Positions 40,908 through 53,635 of a DNA stretch of 64,000 bases are shown here, piece after piece (positions within the stretch are counted from its first letter, which is position 1; every line of letters begins with the position of its first letter). Below the pieces are notes generated by a model. It saw only the letters and a list, made by a program, of their open reading frames with translations. It was not told the origin of the DNA and searched no databases. This DNA comes from Paraspadella gotoi (taxonomy: Eukaryota > Animalia > Chaetognatha): assembly GCA_051294375.1 (NCBI GenBank), contig CM119268.1, positions 10,760,713 to 10,824,712 of the forward strand. The letters are read 5' to 3'. Made by a program: the position numbers and the translations under genes.

Positions 40908-41477
40908 AGAGAGAGAAGAGAGAGAGAGAGTTGAGACTTTACCGTTCCATTTCTCGTTCTCTATCTACTTTTTCTTTCTCATTTCGTTTCTTTTTTGTTT
41001 GTTTCGCTTCCTCGCGTTCACACAAAACTCGGAGAGAAGACACGTTTTGGATCCACGCCAAAAAAAGCGTCTAACGCTTCGAATGTCGCGGGCCACGCCC
41101 ACCGATGACGTCATTCTCTCTCTTCCTCTCTCCTCTCCCTCTCCTCTCTCTCGTCTCTCATAATATTCTCATCTCTCTCTCTCTCTTCTCTCTCTCTATT
41201 CCAGCAGCACACGCGTCGACGCTTTTCGTTTTATCCCAATGCCGCTTTTCCTTTTGTCTTCTTTGGGCGACTCGTCGTCGTCCTCCTCGCTCCTACTCCT
41301 CCTCCTCCTCCACACCCCCCGATTCCTCCCTCCCATTCTCACTCTATGGGCAAATGAGATTCGAGGCAGAAAGAGTCCTTGGTCGGGGAAAAGTCGTTTC
41401 TCCGACGCGAGAATCGAAATTCCGCTTTTTTTCGATGATGGGTCATTCTTTAGACACGAGAGGCGAGAGAGACGAAG

Positions 41478-41526
<49 letters not shown>

Positions 41527-41659
41527 AGAGAGAGAGAAGAGAGAGAAGAGAAGAAATTGGAAAAAGAGTGCGGTGTCCATTTCCGATGATGGGAAAAAAG
41601 ACTTTGGGTCCTTCTTTCACGGGATAGAAGGAGAGAGAACGAGAGAGAGAGAGAGAGAC

Positions 41660-41727
<68 letters not shown>

Positions 41728-43130
41728 GAAGAGAGAGAGATCGGAAAAGGATGAGGAGGCGATGAATGCTTGGATCAAGGATTCGAACGGAACAGAATAA
41801 AGAAGAATTTTTGAAAAAAGTGTGTCATTATTAATGTCATTAATGTCAATATTTTTTAAATGATGGATCATTTTCACATAATGATAGATGTGATCAGAGA
41901 AATAAATTCAATTATATATTGTTTGTTTCGCCTTTGAAAAGAATTAATTGGAAAAGACCTGTCAAATTATGACGTACCTTCTCCAACGACAAGGTCCTTT
42001 GTTTAGAAGAGCCTTTGCATTTCTCCAATGGAAATGAAGGAAGTCCGTTTCATTTATGGGAAAAAAAGAGGAGAAACATGGAGATTGGACTTTTTCTTTT
42101 CTCTCAATTCCCTCCAAATTCTTTCTTCTTTTCTCGACGGAGGCATCGAGCAAAGAAAGGAAACTGCTCGTTCAAGTCTTCTCGGCACGAAATTGCGAAG
42201 ACCCGACGCCTCGACGCGTTAGGGTTAAACGGGTCCAGACCGAAATCAGCCCGCCGGGTCCACTTTTTGTTCGCCGAGACGAGTCCTCGTCGGGAAGTTT
42301 CCTCGGAACGATCACCTCTCTCTCACCCTGTTTGCAAGTTGGTGTCGTTGATGGCGTCGGCAATTTGAATTGACTTGGTTTCGCTTTTGATGGGGGAGTA
42401 AAATCGAGCCTATCATTGGGATATCTTATCTTAATATATAATTCAACTCTTTAAAATTATATTTCTGCGTTATGACGTATACTTTATCATCTGTACTTTC
42501 AACTTCATTCCTACATATCTTTTTTTGCTTGGCCATTGCACTCTTTTCTATGCGCCGGTCTTTGCCTTCTCGCTTCTCCTCGCTCTCCTCCCTCACTCTT
42601 CTCCTCCTCCTCCTTTACCGTGCCTCCGTCATCGCCAATTTCATTTCGCTTAACTCCCTACAAGTTCCCCAACTTTCTTCCCCTCCTCCTTTCTTCCTGC
42701 TCCTTGATCTTTCTTTCCTTTCCTCCTTCTCCCATCTTTTTCCTCCTACTTCCTTCTTTTCCCTTTTCTCCTTCCTCCTCATCTCCCTTCTGGCCTCGTC
42801 ATTGGAATTCCATAATGGCAAAAGTCAACGACTCGATCCTGACTCGACCGCCACACTGAGCGCNNNNNNNNNNNNNNNNNNNNNNNNNTAGAAGCGAAAA
42901 GGAAAAAAAAAGGAACAAGAAGGGGGAAAAAAAATCGAGTAAAATTAAAAAGAGAAAATGGAGAAAGAAAGAAGGCCATGGAAAGAAAAGGAAGAAGGAA
43001 AGAAAGAAAGAAAGAATGAGTGAAAAAAGAAAGAAAAAAAAAGAGAGATAGAAAAAAAAATGAAAAAGAAAGAATGAAAGAAAGAATGAAAGATATAAAA
43101 AGAAAAAAAGAAAAAAAGAAACATTAGGAG

Positions 43131-43201
<71 letters not shown>

Positions 43202-44265
43202 GAGAAAGAAAGAAAGAAAGGTCCTGACGTGAAAAGGAGAGAGAATGCCTTTTTCTAAAGTTTGCGTGTTTCTGACCTGAGATTAAAACCGATTCCGTTT
43301 TATCCTCAATGATTGACGGTGGAACCAAGCGAGGGGGGGGNNNNNNNNNNNNNNNNNNNNNNNNNNNNNNNNNNNNNNNNNNNNNNNNNNNNNNNNNNNN
43401 NNNNNNNNNNNNNNNNNNNNNNNNNNNNNNNNNNNNNNNNNNNNNNNNNNNNNNNNNNNNNNNNNNNNNNNNNNNNNNNNNNNNNNNNNNNNNNNNNNNN
43501 NNNNNNNNNNNNNNNNNNNNNNNNNNNNNNNNNNNNNNNNNNNNNNNNNNNNNNNNNNNNNNNNNNNNNNNNNNNNNNNNNNNNNNNNNNNNNNNNNNNN
43601 NNNNNNNNNNNNNNNNNNNNNNNNNNNNNNNNNNNNNNNNNNNNNNNNNNNNNNNNNNNNNNNNNNNNNNNNNNNNNNNNNNNNNNNNNNNNNNNNNNNN
43701 NNNNNNNNNNNNNNNNNNNNNNNNNNNNNNNNNNNNNNNNNNNNNNNNNNNNNNNNNNNNNNNNNNNNNNNNNNNNNNNNNNNNNNNNNNNNNNNNNNNN
43801 NNNNNNNNNNNNNNNNNNNNNNNNNNNNNNNNNNNNNNNNNNNNNNNNNNNNNNNNNNNNNNNNNNNNNNNNNNNNNNNNNNNNNNNNNNNNNNNNNNNN
43901 NNNNNNNNNNNNNNNNNNNAAAAAAAGTGTGTCATTATTTTTAAATGTCATTAAATGTCAATATTTTTTAAATGATGGATCATTTTCACATAAATGATAA
44001 GATGTGATCAGAGAAATAAATTCAATTATAATTTGTTTGTTTCGCTTTGAAGAATTATTGAAAAGGACCTGTCAAATATTACCTACCTTCCTCCAACGAC
44101 AGGGTCCTTTGTTTAGCAAAGCCTTTGCATTTCTCCAAATGGAAAATGAAGGAAGTCGTTTCATTTATTGGGAAAAAAAGAGGAGAAACATGGAGATTGG
44201 ACTTTTTCTTCTTTCTTCTCATTCCCTCCCAAAATTCTTTCTTCTTTCTCGACGGAGGCATCGAG
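40321..44265. repeat. Direct duplication: 40321-40795 matches 42889-43340, and 41814-42150 matches 43920-44265
   Basis: Shared strings TAGAA(A)GCGAAAAGGAAAAAAAAGGAACAA, GGTCCTGACGTGAAAAGGA, TTTGCGTGTTTCTGACCTGAGATTAAA, AAAAAAGTGTGTCATTATT, TCTCGACGGAGGCATCGAG; copies differ mostly by small indels and abut N-gaps. Confidence 0.9.
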
Positions 44266-45156
44266 NNNNNNNNNNNNNNNNNNNNNNNNNAACCAATGAG
44301 CCGATCTTCCAATCTTGAGAAACGAACCAACGCCTTCACTGCTCAAAACAAACAACGATCAAAAAAAAAGTTTTTTTTTTCTATTAAAAAAAAAAAAAGC
44401 TCGGCGCTGGCCGCGAACCATCAATCCGATATAAGCGCCAACACCGTGAATGAAGTGTGAAAATAAAGTGACGCGGGAAAATGAAGAAAAACGGGTGTGA
44501 AATGGCAGTGTGAGTCGCTCTGTGAACAAGACGTTAACCGAAAGATATGACGGAGGTTGATGTAGCTCAGTGAAAAAGGGCCGTCGAAAGGTTTGGGATG
44601 AATGATTCCGTGTTTGGGATTTTCGAAGATTGGCCAGGGGGAAAGGAGATTGAGAAAGCACTGGCCCATCCGTGCCAGTTTGGAGTAATTCATTAGAAAT
44701 CTTTCAATTTTGAATCAATCAGCTTTTAAACTGATTTATGGTTTGGAAGAGTAAAAAACGGCGGTTGGAGTCGATTTCTTCGGCGTTCTTCTATAAATGA
44801 ACTGATTGAGGCTAGTTAACTTTGGACGAACAGGTATCCAGACATTGAACAATCGAGCACCGGTATTCGATCCGGCGCCCGGTTGGATTGAGCTTGACCG
44901 CTATGGGCAATCGACCGGGGGGGCAATCTAGCCGGCGACGATTGAGTCCAGGGAATGACGCCATATCTGCCGTGCCAATCGGCCGACTGTACTCTGGCGA
45001 GAGTCGGGAGGGCTGCGAGGTTCATCTCTCTGCGACCCTGTATGAGCGATATTGAGGAAGTAGGAGGGAAGAGCAAAAAAGAAGGGGGAGAAATAATGCA
45101 AATCTGCTGCACATTCAAGACGTTTTGCATGAGAGAGAGAGAGAGAGACGATGCAG

Positions 45157-45195
<39 letters not shown>

Positions 45196-46080
45196 TGAGA
45201 AAGTACGAAGAGAGAGACGAGAGAGAGGCAGGAGATAGCGCTCACGGGTGGTCTGGCGGATGCGGAGGTGTTGACCGTATTTTGCGATTGGATTCCACAT
45301 GAACGAGGCAAGAGAGGGAGATTGTAAGGAGGAAAGAGAAAAAGAAATAAGTAAGGAAGTGGAGGAAAGAGATGGGAGAAGGAGAGGAAAAGGAAAGAAA
45401 GACCAGGAGGGGAAGGAAAGGAGGGGGACAAAGTTGGGAAACTTGTAGTCGGGAGTTTAAAGGCGAATATGAAATTGGCGAGACGAGGGGGAAGAGGAGT
45501 GAGTAGGCAGGAGCGAAGAAGGGGTAAGAGGTAGGAGAGGAAGGAGAAAGAGGAGGGAGGAAAAGGGAGGAGAGTAGGACCTGGAATAGGAGGACGTGAA
45601 CGGAGAAGGCAAAGGACGGCGATAGAAAAAGAGTGGCAAGTGGCAAGTGAAAAAAGAAATTGTTAAGGAATGAAGTGAGTACAGATGATAAAGTATGACG
45701 TCATAACGAGAAATATACATTTTAAAGAGTGAATTATAGATAAGAATAAGATATCAATGATAGGGCTCGATTTTAACCCTTTCCCCCATCAAAAGCAGAA
45801 ACAATGTCAGTCAATACGCATGGCAACGCGCCAGTACACGACACTACACTAACTGCACATCAAGTTCTAGGTTGAGAGATACGTGCGTGACAGTCCGACT
45901 GATGGAATACTTTCCGACGAGGGAATCGTCGTCATTCGGCGCGAAACAGAAAATGTGGACCGGGCAACGGCGTGATTTCGGTCTGGACCCGGTTATACCA
46001 CTAAGGATAGCGTCGAGGCGCTCGGGGTCTTCGCTAATTTCTGTGCCGTATGAAAGACTTGAAACAGTGGTTTCCATTTC
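42150..46080. repeat. Inverted duplication: 42150-42863 is the reverse complement of about 45238-46080
   Basis: AAATCGAGCCTATCATTG..ACTTTATCATCTGTAC (42401-42496) versus GTACAGATGATAAAGT..CAATGATAGGGCTCGATTT (45679-45773); GGGTCCAGACCGAAATCA versus TGATTTCGGTCTGGACCC. Confidence 0.85.
44530..46030 (+). CDS. Possible protein-kinase (Tyr/TKL-like) exons in error-rich sequence; second copy on minus strand at 42863-42150
   Basis: Kinase-like motifs in the expected order when indels are tolerated: DVA-VKK (44556-44579), LAHP (44662-44673), FAIMEF (minus copy 42822-42805), QIADAI (minus copy 42367-42350), (A)DFGL (42250-42236 minus; 45974-45985 plus). No continuous ORF. Confidence 0.35.
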
Positions 46081-46852
46081 TCCTGTGCATCGATGTTTCT
46101 TTGAAAAGACTTTGCAGTTTCTTTTCCCTTCAAAGTTGAGTCAAAACTTCTTCGTTCTTTTTCTGTTGTTCTTTTTGTTTGAGCGAAAGGATTCGAAGGT
46201 CGTCCCGAACGCGAGGACGACATATGGAGGCGACTGGCGCGACGTTTGCTCAAGGGATTTGTTATGGATTGTTGTTGTCGTTGTAGTCGGTTGGCGCCGA
46301 GTTTATTTTTACGTCATTTGTCAGACGAACCGAATGCAATTTTATTTATTTATTTTTTTTTTGCTCGGCCCGACTCGTTTTGTTTTGATTAGTATTAACG
46401 CGCTTATGCGATGTAAAATTTGAAAATAAAAGGCAGTTGCTTGGTTTGAAGGTTCCTTAACTTGGCAAAGTTTTTATTTCTTTCAATTTATATTTTTAAA
46501 AATGAGAAATTTTATAATAGTTTATTATATGAAAAAATATTAAAAAAAAATGAAACGTAATCATGTAAACTTTTTTCTCACTCATGATAACAAAACACGA
46601 CAAAAAAACTTATGATTGACGTGTTTGTTTCGAAATCGCGCGCGTGATTTTCATTTTGTTCAGAAATCTGTTTGTTGGTTGATTAAAAGTAGATGAAAAT
46701 AATGATCTTTTGTTCTAAACTTTTTATTTTATAAAATGCGAACGAAGCGACGCCCAGGGAGAAAACCAAAAAAAAATTGTGATGATTGTCAATGATAATA
46801 ATTCTCAGTTTTATAAGAGTGAAATTGAACCAACAAATTCACGGGTGATTTT

Positions 46853-46918
46853 CTCATTCTCCCATTCTCCCATTCTCCCATTCTCCCATTCTCCCATTCT
46901 CCCATTCTCCCATTCTCC
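46853..46918. repeat. (CCCATTCT)x8 octamer tandem repeat
   Basis: Read directly. Confidence 0.95.
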
Positions 46919-47177
46919 CCAAGTCGTTTCACCTCAGATTTTCTCCTTCCTCCCGTCTGCTTCTCTCATTTCATTTCCTTTTCCTCTCCCGATTCCTCGT
47001 CTAAATTCCTGCATAACCTACGCTTTTTATTCCTTACGGCCGAATTCTTTCCTTTTTTATTTCTTTCTTTTCTGTCCTTTCTTTCTTTCATTTCTTTCTT
47101 TCATTTCTTTTTTTCTTTCTTTCGTTCTTTCTTTCTTTCTTTCTCTTTTCTTTTATTTCTTTCTTTCATTTCTTTTT

Positions 47178-47221
<44 letters not shown>

Positions 47222-47286
47222 TTTTGTGTCTTTCTTTTAGTTTTTTTAATTTTGTTTTAATTACTTGTTATCTTTTTCTCTCTTCA

Positions 47287-47368
<82 letters not shown>

Positions 47369-48198
47369 TACTTCTTTCTGTCTCTCTTTCATTTTTTTTA
47401 TTTCTTTCATAAACTCCATCTTTTAAGTCGATTCCATAAATATTAATCCCCTGCCTGTCAAAGGGTCCTTTGACAAAATTTTTCTCCTTCTGTTTCCTTT
47501 TCTTTCTTTTCTCTTTTTTCTTTCTTTTTAGTTTTTTCTTTTTACTTTTTTTTTCTTTTTACTTTTTTTCTTTTTTTCCGTCTTTTTGAACAAGATTTAA
47601 CCAAAAAAAAATAATATGAACAACGATAAATATATCTTATTAAAAAAGAAAACAAAATCCCCAAGAATTTCCCGATTGGGTGGTCTTTCAGAATTTCTCA
47701 ACAGAAAAACCTCTTTTCACGGATGATCTGAACTCAAGTATGTCACAATCTGTTTGGTGTTCACTCATTACCCTCGTCGATGCTGCCAATTTGAATTTCA
47801 AATTGAAATAACAATTTCTTTTTTTTTTCACGAGGGAGGTCCGGAGGTCGGTCTCGCGTAAGGAATTTCGTAACAAGTTTTGGTAAAATATTAATATATC
47901 AAAAACTAAAACTTATGTACAATAATATGTACATTGTACAGAGCGAACGCTTCTCCTACTCGATCTTACTCCTTATACCTACCAATTGTTTGCCTTACTC
48001 GAAATTTCGCAGCACGACGCACCTTTTTTTTTCTTCCTCAGAAACAAACACTCGACGAAGCATCAAAGGATCTCTCTTCATTCCTTGTCATGAATGCCGG
48101 AGAAAATCTTGTTACGACATCGACAAAAACGGGGAAGGAAACAAAGGACCCAGATTTTATCTCTCTCTCGCTCTCCTTCTCGCTGATCTCTCTCTCTC

Positions 48199-48234
<36 letters not shown>

Positions 48235-48376
48235 TCTCTCTACTCTCTCTCTCTTTCTGCCGCTGCGACCCTTTGACCAATTCTCTCGCTATACTCCCCA
48301 ATCTCTATTCACTCCTTTTCTTACCTTTTTTCTCTTTCACATTACCTCTTTTTTTCCTCTCTCTCTCTCTTCTCTC

Positions 48377-48411
<35 letters not shown>

Positions 48412-49989
48412 CTCCTCTCTCTCGCTTCTCTCTCTCTCTCTCATCGTCTCTCTCTTGGATACCAAAGCACCTGACACCTATATTTTCCGATCTCATTTTT
48501 TTTCGGGACACCATTATTCTATTTTCCTAAATTGTTCTTTCAGCTTTCTTTTTTCTTCTTTTCTTTTTTTCTTTTCTCCTCAACCTTAAATTCTTTTTCT
48601 TGAAATTTGATCCTTGCTTTCGGGGCTATGCCATCCGTGGCTTAACTGGTCTATCAGCGGGTCTCACGCTTCTCTATAACTATTCGTCCATTCGACCTTT
48701 ATACCATATACAGTTTATATTCCAATTGTATAAGGATAGAGACTGAGAAGGAGCTTATTTCTTTTCATCCTCCCCACCTCTCCTCGACCAACGCACCGCC
48801 GTCTAATCTCTCTCTCCTTCTCCGGGCCATCCGAGCAAAATGCTTTATGTGCAATCAGAAATAACTGTTTAAATTGCTCACATCCCTCTCTCTCACGTGC
48901 TGTCTCAATTGCCACCTTCCTCTTTCCTTCCACCGAGTGTCACTCTAAGGTTCTTCTTCGCATCACGCCTTACCTCACCACAGAACGGTCTTTATATACA
49001 CACCTCTACTTAACAAAAAATACATCACCGCTCGCGTCTCGTCCCATCCTACTACTTTCTCCTAGACCTTTACAATCTACCCGATCTCGTCTCTCCTATA
49101 TCTCGTCTTCTGTCCACTGTTCTCTTAAATAAGATTTTAATCTAAGTGATTTTGACACTGTCTCTTCTCTTACATCTAAAATCATCGCAACAAGGTTTTG
49201 GCTATCCAATTTCTTATCTCTCTATATCATTCAGTTTGCGGCCTCCCTATTCATCGTTCAAAGACTAGGTGACGAAGAGAAAATAGAGAGAGATCTTGTA
49301 TAGTAAATAATAGGAGTGAGTACCGTTTCTACCTAAAGCAAAACAGGGTGTTAGAGAGACGGTAGAATGGTCGCAAGCTTAAATATAAAATCTGGAAAAA
49401 GAGATTTGTTCCTACTGATATAGGAAAGAGAACGTTAGAGGAATTGCCCAGGTCACTAAGATATGAATACGAAACAGGTTTTAAAACGACAAACGAGACG
49501 AAAACAAACGCAAGACTGAACGACCAGGTCTGAACGACTTTAATTTGAAAGCTTTTACACAAAACATGGATTTCAACACCGGGGGAAGTAAAATGAAATG
49601 TGAGACTCAGAAAAACGCAACGCGACGAGGATGACGCGGGCGTTTTGCATTAATTAGAAAATCGCCCCCAGGGCTAAGAGAGCAAATCAGTTTGGCCATT
49701 TTATTGATTATAAAATCATTCTCCTCCACAGGACTTCGAGTTAGACGCCCCGCTTGGCGCGAGATCCATTGTTTCAGTTATGCATACTCATAAGGGCGGA
49801 TTCGTTATTCAAATTGCGCATTGCACTTGGACTCCCGGACACGGAATTTCAACGAAAAATATATTTGGCAATGAATGTGCAGAGTAATACCCTGGGCCAG
49901 AAGCCTTTCCTATTTGAGACCGCGACAGAATATATGCTCATTTTATGACTGAAAATTATATAAGCAATGAATAGTTTAAAGAGAGACCT

Positions 49990-50188
49990 TTGGTTCACGT
50001 CTTTGGCCGTTAGCGCATAGATAGGTTGGACGAGGTCTATGGTGGCCGCCTGAAGCCGATCCAGAAAATTGTCAAAGCTTATTACTGCTGCTGGCTGACA
50101 ATACGTGAAAAACGCGAAGCTTGGCCGACCATTTGTGCGGCGACAGTGGGCCCTGACGGCGGCAGCACGTTGACCGATTGGTAGGCCT
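49990..50188 (-). CDS. Possible exon of an unidentified minus-strand gene (..FDNFLDRLQAATIDLVQPIYALTAKDVNQ..); further candidate exons at about 51320-51070 and 49900-49610
   Basis: GC-richer islands with protein-like minus-strand translations interrupted by apparent indels; no domain recognised. Confidence 0.3.
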
Positions 50189-52925
50189 TCCTTTTTAGTG
50201 TTACACTCGGACAGTTTTTTTAGTTAAAAAAAAGAAAAGATACCTCCGTGTAGAATAATTAAATCCACGGGCTTTCTCCAGCACGCAGAAGAGAAGTCTC
50301 CATGAATCTCTGAGGTGGCTAACAAGGAAAGTCAAGCATTGTAAGATGTAAATATGAGCGTAGGGGCGGCAATCAATTAACTGTAAAAATAATAGATTAA
50401 AGGTCTAATAATCTCGCTCGAAAACAAAGAAAGGTCGGTGTGGAACAAGAAACACCAGTTCAGCAGATGATTAATCCAACCTCAAGTGCACGCGGAAAAT
50501 AATATTGAGTAAAAAATGTATATAAGATGTTCAGATAAAATTGAACCCTAAGAAAACGCATAGACCTATTAGTATTCCTCTTTATTTTTTTAAGTTATCT
50601 TTTTTTGAATACATTCAGTATTAAACATTTTTTCTCTGAAATAAATCGTTTGAAAGATTATAAGCAATCTGAAAACGTCCGCGGCAAAGAATGAAGTCCC
50701 ATACAGATCGAGAATTCATTGAAAAATTTACCTATGTGTAGTTGCGCCCGTGAACATTTTAAAAAATTTTCGTATAGTTGGTTTCACTTTAAAAGTTACG
50801 CGTTCCAGGCCGCCGAGAGACCTTGAATCTTTAGTTATGAATTCTTTACTATTCTGGAGTCGAGTTCTACAGTATTTTCAATCCCCGTTTTTAGACTCAT
50901 TTCTTGAGCTGAGAGCTACATCTACATCCGATTAGTTACAGTAACAAATAAAACATCAATCCATAAAAAGTTCAAGTAACCAGCACTAAACAGGGGAGGA
51001 AAAAAAAATTGACAAAACTAACAAAGAATAAAAGATCAAAATTATAGTAACATATAAACATAGATTGATATTGGTTGTTGTGCAATGAGATTCATTCGTT
51101 TCGTTCGGACTTCGGACGCCATCGTTACTTCGTTAACTCGTTCCTTCTTCACGATCGGTTAAGCTCTTCCCTTTCTTCCAACACCTGGTGGACAGAGAAC
51201 TCTTTCTCCTCGCCTCATACAAGAGGGACAGCGTCGCGCCTTGTTACGTCGTCGTCGTCTTCTTTTTATTCTTTTCTTTCCTCCTGGCGGCTAAGCTTCT
51301 CAACCTTCTTTTCTCCCCTCCACGATTTTTAAAAACAAAAGGCTCGCCCTTTTCTTCTCCCTAATCCCCTTTCTAATCCCTAATCCCCTTCTAATCCTTT
51401 CCCGGCCTCAGAAACACCGTCATTACCAACGCTTTGCTCTGCGCATCGAACTCACCCTAACATCCNNNNNNNNNNNNNNNNNNNNNNNNNNNNNNNNNNN
51501 NNNNNNNNNNNNNNNNNNNNNNNNNNNNNNNNNNNNNNNNNNNNNNNNNNNNNNNNNNNNNNNNNNNNNNNNNNNNNNNNNNNNNNNNNNNNNNNNNNNN
51601 NNNNNNNNNNNNNNNNNNNNNNNNNNNNNNNNNNNNNNNNNNNNNNNNNNNNNNNNNNNNNNNNNNNNNNNNNNNNNNNNNNNNNNNNNNNNNNNNNNNN
51701 NNNNNNNNNNNNNNNNNNNNNNNNNNNNNNNNNNNNNNNNNNNNNNNNNNNNNNNNNNNNNNNNNNNNNNNNNNNNNNNNNNNNNNNNNNNNNNNNNNNN
51801 NNNNNNNNNNNNNNNNNNNNNNNNNNNNNNNNNNNNNNNNNNNNNNNNNNNNNNNNNNNNNNNNNNNNNNNNNNNNNNNNNNNNNNNNNNNNNNNNNNNN
51901 NNNNNNNNNNNNNNNNNNNNNNNNNNNNNNNNNNNNNNNNNNNNNNNNNNNNNNNNNNNNNNNNNNNNNNNNNNNNNNNNNNNNNNNNNNNNNNNNNNNN
52001 NNNNNNNNNNNNNNNNNNNNNNNNNNNNNNNNNNNNNNNNNNNNNNNNNNNNNNNNNNNNNNNNNNNNNNNNNNNNNNNNNNNNNNNNNNNNNNNNNNNN
52101 NNNNNNNNNNNNNNNNNNNNNNNNNNNNNNNNNNNNNNNNNNNNNNNNNNNNNNNNNNNNNNNNNNNNAACGTAAATTCAATTCCAAGTCAATGGAATCT
52201 TTTCTCTCCCAGAAGTTCGCTCAGAATATAACGTTTTCAAAATGGATCAACATCCAAAGCAGAAATGATATTTATGAGCAAATGACTTTACAAGTTAAGN
52301 NNNNNNNNNNNNNNNNNNNNNNNNNNNNNNNNNNNNNNNNNNNNNNNNNNNNNNNNNNNNNNNNNNNNNNNNNNNNNNNNNNNNNNNNNNNNNNNNNNNN
52401 NNNNNNNNNNNNNNNNNNNNNNNNNNNNNNNNNNNNNNNNNNNNNNNNNNNNNNNNNNNNNNNNNNNNNNNNNNNNNNNNNNNNNNNNNNNNNNNNNNNN
52501 NNNNNNNNNNNNNNNCTTGAACCGGAAGACATCATTGACGACGATGACGACGACGTATATGGCGACGACGACGACGAAGAATACGACGACGTTGAAAGAA
52601 TATGTGAATCAAATATTGTAACCAAGCAAACAAATCGGGAATATTGTACGGTAACGAGTTGAACGGCAACCACGTGGGGCCAGTCGATGCGCAGGTTTCG
52701 AATTCGAGCCCTTTGAGATCAGTGTTTGAATCTGTCACCAATGTGACGAGCTTCCTTTTCATATCATTTCAAAGAGTAAAGAATTATGATAAATTCACTA
52801 AACCGAAAAACTTTCGGGCAACAAAAACCCCGGGGTGATGATGATGATGACGACGACTGTGACTGTGAAGTCGAAGAAAACACGATGAAAACCAAGTCGC
52901 GCTCATTTGCATAATCCATTTCACG

Positions 52926-52977
<52 letters not shown>

Positions 52978-53635
52978 GCCTCAAAAGCTCTTATATGCAT
53001 ACGAAGCAATAACCGAGGGACATGAAGTTAAGTCGCCGACATTTTCCTAACATAATCATTTTTACCCCCAAATCTTTCTGGTATGAAAAAATAGTTTTAT
53101 CTGCGATAAACGCCAACTTTTGATGCGTAAAAACCGTTGTTTAAATGTTTTAAGCTGATTTCTGAGAATTTCTTTGCCGAGTTGTTTCGCATCGGTTTGA
53201 CCTTTGCTTTTTAAGCTTTGAAAATGTTAATTCTAATCTTTTTAATTAATAACGACCTGGCGCTTAAAAATAAACAAAATAGGCATATCACATCAAATAT
53301 TTGACAATTTTATTCGTCACAGGGCAAATAAAAATATTCATGCATACATAGATATTGTAAAAAATGTTGTATATATAATAATATATAAATAAAATAAATA
53401 TTTATATATAAATAAAATAAATATAATATGTATAATAATAATAATATATAATATAATTTATAATTTGTACAATTTGTAATAACAACTGAAAAAAATCTCA
53501 TTTTATAAAGATATTCAAGCCACATAAATAAATTATGGAATCGATCTTCTATTTTGCAATCGTCATACAACTATGATGCAAGAAAGCGTGAAGGAAGAAA
53601 TGCCAAAAAGCTCATCGAATCTCCATTTATCGTCT

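Noticed and set aside
44815-45050. Minus-strand kinase Gly-loop/VAVK look-alikes (HGRYGV, PIAVKL)
   Set aside because: Orientation conflicts with the other kinase-like motifs in this copy and requires assumed indels; may be chance.
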